Below, piece after piece: positions 1-11,270 of a stretch of DNA of 64,000 nucleotides. Positions within the stretch are counted from its first letter, which is position 1. Every line of letters starts with the position of its first letter. The stretch is from assembly GCF_036971445.1 (NCBI RefSeq), contig NC_091480.1, positions 79,670,001-79,734,000 on the forward strand. Direction: 5' to 3'. Origin of the DNA: Narcine bancroftii (taxonomy: Eukaryota). Under the pieces are notes generated by a model. The model saw only the letters and a program-made list of their open reading frames with translations, searched no databases and was not told the origin of the DNA. Made by a program: the position numbers and the translations under genes.

Positions 1-115
1 TAACGTTAATTTATAGATGCCTCGTTTTCACCAGCTGGCCACCAGCACCGGAGACCAAATCGCGCATATTACTGCCTCGTTTTTGATCGGCCTGGTAATG
101 CTTATCGTAAATCCT

Positions 116-1300
116 ATGGATTCTGAACGTTTTTGAGGTGTGTGGGAAGCGAAGGTCCGCATTCAAAATGCTAGCGTGAAATCTTCAGGAATCACATACA
201 GAGAACAGAGTCCTTCAGAAGTAGCAATTGACATTTTTTTTAACGTGGCTTAAAATCCCAATCAGGTCGTTTTAAGTATTGGCTATTTTCACGGCGTTGA
301 TGGTCATTGCATTGCCGTGTAAAATCCTAGTCCAGAAGCTAGGATCCGTGACCCTTTGGACGGATGCAGCGTTTATCAAGGCCGAGTGCAATGTTCACAT
401 TGAAGTTCGCGTCTAAATGGCATTTTAAAGTCAAAGATGTTCATGTTCTCAAAGATGCAAATGTACTCAGTGTTGGTTTTCTTATTGGTCGTTAATCCTA
501 TTTTTGGGTGAGACCGTTCTGACAGATTGTCTCGAATTATCGCAGATCCAGATAATTTTTCAGCCGTGCATCCTGAGAGTGGATATCCTGCATGTCCAAT
601 TTGCATGCAATATGAATTGCGAAGACCTTGCGCCAATTAAAACAACAACGCAGTTTTCCCCCCTGCACCCGCTTGGATTAGCAACATGATGTTAGCAATA
701 TTCATCTTGTAGCTACACGCAGATATCGGTTGCTACCCAACTCATAGATTTTCAAGTGTATGTTAACGGCGGCGAGTGGGTCTGGAGGGGGAGGGGCGGG
801 CGACGGAATTTATATGTATACTGTCCAAAGGGCTGCCTAGTGCTCTTCCCACCCTATTAAGTGAGGAGATCACCTCGGTTATTAAGGCGCCATGCCGAGA
901 ACTTGTCCCAAAAAGTTAGGGTTTAAACAGGCGCTGCGAAGTCTACATAATTCCCCATCCGAGCACTTCACTTATTCCTCCTCCCCCCCCACCCCACCCC
1001 ACCCTTTGGTTTTAGATGGTCCTATGCGGCGCCCAAAATACTGTACTTCGAGGTCTTGTTTTAAGAACGGTACAGTATTATCTTTCTGTTTATTCTCATA
1101 GAAGCCGTCTCTCAGACATTTTTGCTGTATTACAGTGTGAACAAAATTGTCCCCATTCGCATCTCGTCCACGTGGCAATAACACAGCACAATCTCCGATT
1201 CAGTTGCTGAAATTTTAGCCGATTATAAATCGATAGCGTCCATTTTTGGTTCAGTTTAGATTTGTCGGGCTGAATAAGTTTCACTCCAACCCCATAACAT
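116..1300 (+). pseudogene. Possible highly degraded Hox paralogy-group-11 remnant (psi-HoxB11?)
   Basis: Colinear but frameshifted fragments resembling Hox11: MDSER (116-130), SS-ITY-RE..SFR..AID (182-232), DVxxxxxANV (436-465), pyrimidine tract plus AG at 1014-1015, CPHS...SR...D.V..WF (1148-1252), LNK.HSNPI (1270-1296). It sits in the group-11 slot. Needs several indels; aligned by eye only. Confidence 0.25.
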
Positions 1301-2160
1301 CTGAAGGCACAAGATTTCGTTTCCAACCCGCGCGGCTGCTGCTCCGTGGAGTTAACTTGTGTGTGGACTGAACGGTTTTTGGTTTCAGCCAGCAAGGCAG
1401 ATTTAATTGAGATTGAAATGTCAACTTCCCTAGATCTGCAGCTGGTCAGTTGTCAATAAAACACTCCCCTCGGCCATCGAAGGGATTTAGACTTTTGTTT
1501 TCCTAAATATTTGCATCTGCGAACCAGGGGAAAGAGACAAAAATGAAACTTAAAAAAAAAATTAATAGAGCACACTTAATATGCAGCCATTAACAAATAC
1601 AAGACGTTTGCACTCCGCTTGTGTAAACTATGCAATCAACTTCAGGGCAATCAGCTCCTAATTTTATGTTTATTCGCTGTAATATTGTTAATGTCACTTT
1701 ACCCGCATGACATTTTGAAACCGTCAATTAACATGTGCTCTGTCCTATAAATTATATGCCTGTATGTGTCTGTGCATAAGATACATATGACAGCATGTGC
1801 ATGAGGTGCCAGCATTCTCATTCAAATTAAACATTATTTGCACGAGTCAATATTATTTTTCAGCTTTGGTATCATGAACGGTTTACCCTGAATGGGTATT
1901 TCTGTCATACATTGACTAAAGAGTTCCATCAACGTTGCTGCCGTCGCCATAATGTCTGAAAGGAGACTGTAAATTTTAAACTTGTTGGGTTTGACTTTGT
2001 CTCAAGAAACATTAATCGCGTTAAAGAGAAAGCAATAACTCCTCTCCAAGTTGGTCGGTAAAAGCAGAATTAACAAGCTTGTATTTGTCACGGTAACTAG
2101 GTGTTGCTGAACCCCACAAATGCATCAATTTTATTCTCATTGCAAAACCCCCTATTATTT

Positions 2161-2200
2161 GGGCGGGGCCAGCTCTGTCTCCCTAGATGCTGATTGGTCA
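2161..2200 (+). promoter_or_regulatory. HoxB10 proximal promoter (GC box plus inverted CCAAT)
   Basis: GGGCGGGG at 2161-2168 and ATTGG at 2193-2197, about 170-200 bp upstream of the ATG. Confidence 0.55.
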
Positions 2201-2361
2201 ATTGAAAGGAAGTTGTGCACAGCCGACGACTGATGAGTCCAAGGGAAATGTCAGTTTGATAAGGACCTTCGTTTTCATTGCCAACCCCCCCCCCCCCCTC
2301 CCCACCACCACCATCTTCCCCCACCCCCATCAACCCCTGCTCAACAAATTAAGCTGCAGCT

Positions 2362-3067
2362 ATGTCATGTTCGGAGAATTCTGCATCAAGATCGTTCTCA
2401 GTCAGGGCTTTAATCTGCTCCAGCCAGGCTGAACATTACTGTCCCTTGGGCTATTTGTCCTCTGGACCGGACCAGGGCTACGGGGCACAGAATTGTCATC
2501 GTAAACAGGACGAGATGAACCACCAGCAAAGTCTCGGGCTGGTTCCACATCAGTACGTGCCAGGTATGGCCGGATGGGCTCCATCTCCATCCGGCCACAC
2601 AAGCCGACTTCAGCAGATAAACACTTATGCCTTCGCCCCTAGCGTGAAGGAAGAAGCCAACTACTGTGTACTAGACGGGGATAAACATATGAAGACGATC
2701 CCAGAGTTCTCGGTGTACCCGAGGGTGGTTTCTGAAATGTGTACAAGCGATAGTGGCAGGGTCCCTGTTCCCATCTATTTCCGTTCCGAACCGATCTGCA
2801 CATCCAACAAATCCACGGATTACAACCAGCCGCAGCCAGCCGCTGCCCCATCCTCGATCCCGTCCTGCATTCCCTTCGCATCTTCCTTCGGCTCGTCATC
2901 CTCGTCAAAACCAGGTGAAAAGGCCATAAAAGTGAGCAGCCAGAGCGACCCTGGTCGCGTAGATCCCGGAAAAACGCCAGAGGGAAGAGAAAGTGACTTT
3001 GTCCAAGATACACCCACTTTAGCGTTTCCTGGCGCGGACCGGGCCCTGTCCGAGAAAGAAACAAAAG
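2362..3067 (+). CDS. HoxB10: Homeobox protein Hox-B10, exon 1
   Basis: N-terminus MSCSENSASRSFSVRALI resembles Hox10 MSCSES...SFLVDSLI; VKEE and VPVPIYFR (VPVPGYFR-like) motifs; donor G|GTGAGT at 3067/3068, phase 1. Confidence 0.9.
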
Positions 3068-6000
3068 GTGAGTAAAACCACGAAACAAATCAAGACAAGC
3101 AATTACACGCATTTAGAGCAGGAACACAGGGCAACTCTCTCATCTGCGGCAAGGTGACTTTATTTAGGCCATCAAGGAGCCTCTTTTGTCCAAACACAAA
3201 GGACCCTCAGCACAAATTAATACCTTAAGTAATTTATAGGACAGGCTATTTACGGCAGAGTAAATTGCAAACACGTTTAAGTGACCCTTTTAAAGATCAA
3301 AACGTCGAAAGGTTTCTGTTCTGAAGGCCGCTTCTCAGTTGCTTTTAAAACCACTGTAAATATCCCCTATTAAAAAAAAATCCCACGTAGGCAAAAAAGC
3401 AACGAGACTTTTCAGAATGATTTGAGAATTGTTGAGTAGAAAACTTTTAACTGCTGTTATTTCAAATTGAAAAATATTTTGAAATAGCGCTTGCATAATT
3501 AAAAAGAGAAGAGCTATGCCAAGATATTTTTATAGCCATGCATATCTAGTTAAATTTATATGGTGTGTATAATAAATAAAGCAATAAGCATTTGTTGAAC
3601 GTTTACAAGGTTTGGTGTATATCAGTCCACATGTTGGGCAATGAAACATGTGTCCATGTGATTATATTGATTATGTTTTCATATAATAGTATACGAGTGG
3701 GAAGCAAATAGAACAAACGAGTCAATTCGTGGTGAATATAGTTATGCATATGTGTGTACATGTGTGTGTTTGTATGTGTGTAGGTGTGGGTGAGAGAGGT
3801 AGAGAGAGCGAGTGAGAGTGGGGGATGAGAGAAATGAAAGAACACATGCAATATTGCAGGGTTTTATACGTACTAACCTATAAATGGTAATACGCACCGA
3901 GGAATGCTCCATTTAGTTAAATCACAGATAGTGGCTGAGTTTAGAGTTTGTGTAATTCTCGCACTGGTGACCAGCAATATTTTTCATGACTTGTTAGGGG
4001 TGTTGATGAGTCTGGCATCCCGAGAACAGCAACCTAAGCACACAACGACGGCATTTTAATTCTGGCTCGTGTATCAAAACAATCTAAGATGCAACCATAA
4101 ATTCCAAATACTGAATATAAATAAAATGAACACGTTGGCACCAGATGATGTTTACCTAAGGTCTGTTTGTTGCCATGGAGCTAAAGTATGGCGCCAAATA
4201 AAAATTACATCACACAGCGATGCAGAGATATCGCTGCTTTATTTAATGTAATTTTGTTGCTTATTAACTCAGGGTGAAAGGAGTACCAATAGAACTAAAT
4301 ATTATTCCCAGGTATCCTGAACAGCATTTCTTAGTGGTTACAGTTTCAGTCGTGCCCAAGTTGTGGTCTTTTTCCATCTGGTGAACATGAAGCATTTTGT
4401 TTTTGGTTATTGCATTGTAAGTTCCCTCAGAAACTTACTTTTGTTCAACAGGTGAGCAGTAATAGCCACATAAAATATAGACTAATCACGCATTTACCCT
4501 GTCCCAAAGAGGTTCTACAAAACAGGAAGTAACGAGCTGGTTGTGGTGCACCAGGATGCAATAACTCGAAGAACGTTACAATAAACTCGGACCCACCACC
4601 ACGGATTCACCACACCTAATCCACGCACAAAACACAGTGAAAGCTATAAAAACAAAGCCACTTCAACATTAGTGGACAAACCCTGAGTGAAAAAAAGGCT
4701 CGGTAACCTCAAGTTTAAATGGTTTGTTCTGTGCTTGTGTGTGTGAGTTTTTGCGTGTGATGTTGAGATCTAAATGTATGTCGAAGGCCTGACTTGATTG
4801 GGTGTTTACCCACATAATCGAGTGACACAATCCAAGAGAACATACTAGACATCAGGCTACAAAGGAGCATACAAATGTTCGTATTGTTATGGAAATGTCG
4901 GACATGTTCATTACACATTACACTTTGAATCTGAGTCAAGGTATTGTATATCGAATGATGTGGCCCTTGTCCAACGAGATAAAGGAGAAACACCTCACAA
5001 GTTAGATGAACTCTCATTTAGGAAGAGATGTAACATTTTTGAATTAGGACTTTATTAATTTGATATATTACTGTCTAATTTAGTAATAATATTTGATAGT
5101 GGCTGAAATCAAACTCGGCCCAGTTATTGAATTAAAGCGAATCTAAATTAATAAACTACAACAAATATTATTACATTTTACCTATAAGTATTTTCCTTTG
5201 AGATAAGGTCTCTCCTGATTGATTTCGAACCAATTAATTGTTGGATTGGTCTCCAACAGATTACTCGTCGTTGGTTGAATTTAATTCCACAGAGAGCAAT
5301 ATCGTTTAGAAATACAGTACTTTGTTTAAAAAACAACACAGAGCATTAGCTGCACAGAAAATTTGATATACCAGGTTTTAGGAGATGATTGAACTTGTAT
5401 TTTTAATGCATGATAACAAAAAAGGAAAGTGAAACTTAATGACAACACCCCCTCCCCCCATTTTTGCTGCACAAAAATAAAGTCAGTTTCATCCCAAAAG
5501 GTGAATGATTTTGGATAGTAGACAACAATTTTTAACTGTTGGGATTCCGTCAGTTTTACAAAAAGAAATGCTGATACCAAATAAAAAGCACAATGCAACA
5601 TTATGTTGCTATTTAAATGTATTTGTTGCTTCTCCATTTGTGAAGTGTTTTGCAAAACGTGAGTAGATCTCAGACACAAAACGTATCATACAAGACCTTC
5701 CAACGCGACTTTAACGCAGTTTATTTCGTAAGTAATTATTAGTCTCTAACAATCCGTCAGAAATGTGTACATTTATTTTCAATGCGATTTCTGTTTGACA
5801 GTATTTCATTTCAAGCCCTTCGCATGCTGAATGCGTAATTGTTTATGCTTTTAAAGTATTCAAGGAAAGGTAACACAGCATGCAATCCCTGTCAAGTAAA
5901 AACATTATTTGAATATCAAATAGGCCATGTGATATCTGCCAAACAAATGTAGCGGAGAAGCCGAAATGTTTTCAGACCAAACAATATTTAGATGATTTCT

Positions 6001-7793
6001 GTTAAAACATTTGACATTTGGGTAAACATGGATGAAAGAAATGTTGGAATTTCTCCTTTTGTACGCAAATGTAATATATAGCAAATTTTCAATATCATCA
6101 ATTATTTACAATACACCCAAGGGACATTATTAATATGCCGCAAGTGTGCCACAATCAGACCGAGCACTTCGGCGAGTACTTAACCACAGGTTTCTGCCTC
6201 TAAAAACACCCGTGGAGTGAAAGATCTTGAATAATTTAATTTACTGGGAATATTGGGAATTATTCGAGATGTGATGGTCTTTTTAAGGCTTTGAATTCTT
6301 GACAAGGTCACGGCCGATCAATAGTCATTTGCGTATAAATTACGCAGTGATATTTAGATGGTTTCTTTCAGTAGTTGATTGAAAACTTTCAGGCGAAGTA
6401 CGGGCCCAATGCACCCTGCACACTATTTCCTGAACAAGTGATTTCAGATAAATGCTATCAGTTCTGTTAAAGGAGAAACTACTCTCTGCAGCTGCACGTG
6501 GCAAACCTGGCGTGTTTTGTATGTGGCAGGACTTTTATTCCTGATATTCAACATCAAAAATGTTTTTTATGTTTGAGTATAGCCCAGACGGGTGAAATTG
6601 CCATTCCTATTTTCTTATTCTTATACCAACTCAACCGTTTTTAGTATTTTATTAATTATTTTATAATGTTTCGCTTGACCTATTCGAGTGGTGGAAAATA
6701 TGGATGTGTCCACTCATCTATAAGTTCCCAGTAGCAACATTTAATTCTTCGCATTTCAATATAATTTAGCGGCGGCAGGTGTATTTGCAATGCGATTTAA
6801 TGCGACCAACAAGACATCTAGAGAAAAAAAATGGCTGCATTGCAAGTACCTTATTCCTCTGTTTAGCGCTGAAAGTTTCACCAATGCAAGAGAAAACAAA
6901 AACGGGAGATGGCAAATCACCCCCGCCTCTTTTCATAAAATGAACAAATTAAATGTGTAAGTTTTAACGAAAGATAGACCATTAACCAGGTCTCCAAGTA
7001 GGGTAAAGTCTCCGTTAAAACATTTATGTTCATATTCTAGCCTTCTGGTTTTCCCGGCAGTAACATTTACTGCACATGAAAATCTCATGTAAACACATTG
7101 TTAGAATTGAGTGTTATTTTGCAATATGACGACTCACTTTTGAAACATTACCCAATACATACGTTGATATTAATTCTTGAAAGTTGATAGATGTTTAATT
7201 GATTTTAAGTAAGATGAATTGGATATAAACTGGTTTATCTTAAACTTATAGAGTAGGGTGTTTATACCATGAAGTTCTGCTTTTGACAAAGTCTATTCTC
7301 TGATATTAAACACAATGACATTTACAGTAAAGCATGACTGTTTACTAAGCATCGGTTTTTATATTCCAATCCATTCAGTTTCATTCCATGCCTTTCAATG
7401 CTTCTTAGTCTTGCCAGAAATCGAATACTCGGTTTAATGTGATTCAATATAACATTTTAAATTGAATGTAAACAGGTATTGATTGTGTTTATTTGTCCAT
7501 TTACAAATTCGGCTTTAATTAATGTTGAAATATATTTTTATGATCACCAAGTTATAACACAGTAATGCCTTTGGATTGCTGATATCTTCGTACTGTTACG
7601 GATAAAGATAAAATCTGAATGCTTCATCTTTAGACAACAATAGGCTGACAATCCGACTCGCTCCCTGCTCCCCTCTCGGACAACTCATTGAAACTCCTGG
7701 GCATTATATTGTTCTGCTAATATAGGGAAAACGGAAAATAACGTTTTATTCAGTAGGTCGTTTGACAATTTGTTTTTTTTTCCCGATTGACAG

Positions 7794-8083
7794 AAAGCGC
7801 AAAGGCTGAGAATACAATAAACTGGATGACGGCAAAGGGAGGAAGGAAGAAACGTTGTCCGTACACGAAGCACCAGACACTGGAGCTGGAAAAGGAGTTC
7901 CTCTTTAACATGTATTTGACTCGAGAGCGCCGCCTGGAGATCAGTCGGAGTGTAAATCTAACCGACAGACAGGTCAAAATCTGGTTTCAAAACAGAAGAA
8001 TGAAGCTGAAAAAGATGAGCCGAGAGCATAGGATTCGAGAAATACTTTCCCCATCTGATAAAGGTGCAGTGCCTTTTCATTAA
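7794..8083 (+). CDS. HoxB10: Homeobox protein Hox-B10, exon 2 (homeodomain)
   Basis: T-tract plus CAG acceptor at 7791-7793; [65 protein letters not shown] is a group-10 homeodomain. Joined CDS is 996 nt (331 aa). B-cluster assignment rests on the neighbouring genes. Confidence 0.93.
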
Positions 8084-11000
8084 AGGAGAGACGATGGACG
8101 ATCTCATTGAGGAAATCCGAATGCTACAACAACATTGAAGGCGGGGAAAGGGAGGGGAAGGCTGAAGAGGACAGTTCATAGTTATGGGGGACAGTTGCAA
8201 GTTCAGGTCTAGTCGCTAGAATCATATCTTAAGGAGATGATGGGCTAGGAGCTGGGAATTTCACCGCAATGGGCGTGCTCTCTGAAAATAAAATGAACAA
8301 GCACGTCCGATTAGGAGTTCATAAATTGTCATTAACTGATTTGGTGACCTTTGCCATAGTCATGACGTAATAAGTCGAGAAGTCAATAACACATCTTTTT
8401 TGGTTAATATACAGTATTTTTATTTTAATTCTGCCCGGTCTTTATTAGGCTTAAAAAACATTATGTTAAGGACACTTCCAACAACTGAAGGCCAATAGTG
8501 GAATCGGCAGTTATTGGAGTACATCATATTTTACCAGCAAGAATACCTGGTGTTTTAAAGTCTACATCAACATGGAACAAAATATGGCAAGCTATTGATT
8601 GGTGATTACGCAAGAGATCCGGTTCATCAGAATACATGTGTTGCATTTTTCACTTTAATCTTGATTTTTTTTTCCAATTATTTGGGAGAACGGAAAAATA
8701 AAATGTCATCAATCAGTTTGTAAGAGAAGCGAGGGACATTGGTCATGGAGTGGGCATTAATTTAAAGTGATAAAAAACTGTGTAATTATTTCAATTGTTT
8801 TGATGTTCTTTCGATGGATAATTTTTTAAATGCTAAGAATACATTTGCTCATCAATAAATTTTCCTGGATGACTCCAGACATAACGCAATATTGAATAGA
8901 TGTGCCTGTGATAATGGAACTATGAAGTATTGCATGCCCTTTTAATTACAATTATAACACAAGCCTCCAAGCTATTAATTTAGTGGCCTTCAGGACATAA
9001 GAAATAGGACTAGGCCATTACCCCCTTACGCTTGCTCCGCCATTCACTGAGGTGATCTTTCATCCCGGCACACTTTACTGCAATAACCGCATACCCTGGA
9101 TTCCCTTTATATCCAAGTCTCTATTGACTTCCGCCCAGAATATAATCACCGACCTGGACTCGACAGGTCCCTTGGGAAGAGAATTGTCAACAAACAAAAA
9201 AAAAAATCACTTTGGGATTATGTTGTAAAGGGGAACAAAATATTCCATAATTGTCGCAATTCATAAATAACGTCTGGAAAATTCTATTAAATCTAATTTT
9301 GCGGAGGTATGAGTAGAACGAAAAGAGCAAGCAATCAGATTGGACTAAATAATCGCTATCCCTTTTTTTGTTGACTGGGCCGTGTTTCTTTCATTGAGTT
9401 AAAGAGGGCAAAATTATTCAGGAATAAACCCACACCTGGCTCGCAACAGAAACAATTTGTAAAGACTCTCCCTAGCTATTAATTCTATGTTTATTGCAAA
9501 CTGCTGTTGACCTATACTCCCCACCCCCCCACCCCAACTTTCATTCTGCTCCACCCAATGAATCTGGAGTAAAGCATCTCAACCAAACATAATGCAATTG
9601 GAGAAACTAATACATTTAAACGAAATCGGAATTTCATTTGCAGATTAATTACATTGGGAAATTAAATTAGGTACACACAATGGCATTAGAAAGCAACACC
9701 CATTGAAGGATCTGCATTTCCTTTGAATATAATGTGTTTATGCAAAGAAATAAAATGTCTTTTAAATGCTCATCAAAATGTCTGACATTTAATACATACA
9801 AACAAAAACGATCAGTCGTTTCAATTAGTTTTCTTGCGATGGAGGATTTTCCAGATACGGTATGTTGGATGTTGGAATAAAATGTAATATTTATTTTTAA
9901 AATAATGTAAAGAAAATTGTTATACCAAAGATTATTAACGTAGTGTCCATGGCATCTTGTTATCAAGCACACCGAACCCCGCAGAATGCCCTTGTAGGAG
10001 AGAAGGACGAAAAGGACTGGTAATATTTAAACAACATGAAAATTTACCCCTTAAGTGTTTAGTTGAAGTGTTTTGTTTTTGTGTTGGTCAACAAGGGTGG
10101 ACGACCTCCTTTCAAAAGCATGTTCTGTATATTTCACGGCTTCAAGCCGATGCATAATTCACTAGACCCTGTTGCAGGTCAATATCAAAACGCAAATAAA
10201 AAATAATAAAATTGTGCTCTTCCGGTTTTGTGTAGTTTCTATTTATATTGTTATTCAACGTTTCCAAATCTATTTAACTTTATTGAGGCTATTTACTCAC
10301 CAGTGCTCTCCCTTGAAGTCTGGCTCGCGTATAGCATGCATGGTGGTTGGCTGATTGTGAACCCGTGAAATTGACCTGAAATGGGCAACTTGGTAGTTGA
10401 GCGGAAAAAAAGTCAGAAAATTCCGATTTTCCCAGCCCTCGAGGAACCGCTTGCATTTTGAAATGTATTTGGTATCCGGTGTCTGTGATTTAAATACCAT
10501 CGAGACGGTCGTAATCTGACTGTGAACGGACGATGATCCACGGTCGAACACCTCTGCTTTTGTAAAGTTTGATGACTGTTAAATGCTTTTGGCAAGTTGT
10601 GGTCCAGTAGGACTTGATGGATTTGGGCAGTTTGGCTATGAGCGGCACCCCGCAAGACATGGCTTTGAGATAAGGAAAATGGCCACTCTTTTCTTGAAAA
10701 CCTCGCTAACTTGACTTTCAAGATTTTGGGAAACACGAGAAAAATGGTAGGATATTGTTGTCACGTTAACTGTACTCTGCCGCTGACCTTTTGTACGGCT
10801 AGTTACAGAGACGTTGACTTGGTAAAAAAAAGTTTAGTTTTTCCAAATTTGTTGATACAACAGTTCAGCGACGAGATGTAAAGTAACATGGCGATCCACC
10901 CCCGCGGCATTGAAACCGTCTGGTGAAGTTACTGGCTACTTCTTTTGACTCTTGCAGGGGACAAAGCAAGATCAAAATAGTGCGGAATAATTATAAGTTG

Positions 11001-11185
11001 AAAGAGTTTCTGTGCAGTCATTGACTGTGAGATATTTAATAATCTTCTGGTCACATTTCTTATACATAGTTATTTTTTACCATTTGATTTTTAATCGATC
11101 ACATCCAGTTAAATAACTTTTCGCAACGTTGGTCTTTAATTTACTGTTCCATTTATTCGGTCCAGACTTTGGCGCCAGCGAAATT

Positions 11186-11270
11186 GAACTGTCGAGTGAC
11201 TTAGGTAGTTTCATGTTGTTGGGCTTCTGTTTAATCGCAGTGACAAGAAACTGCCTGAATCACTCCAGTT
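11186..11270 (+). ncRNA. mir-196: mir-196 precursor hairpin (mature 5p 11202-11223)
   Basis: TAGGTAGTTTCATGTTGTTGGG is the miR-196a sequence; 3p arm CAGTGACAAGAAACTGCCTGAA at 11238-11259; lower stem AACTG..GAGTGA / TCACTCCAGTT; canonical position between Hox10 and Hox9. Confidence 0.97.

Noticed and set aside
2639-3112. 157-aa antisense ORF over HoxB10 exon 1 (similar ones over B9, B8, B7 and B4)
   Set aside because: Shadow ORFs of GC-richer coding exons with no recognisable motifs.
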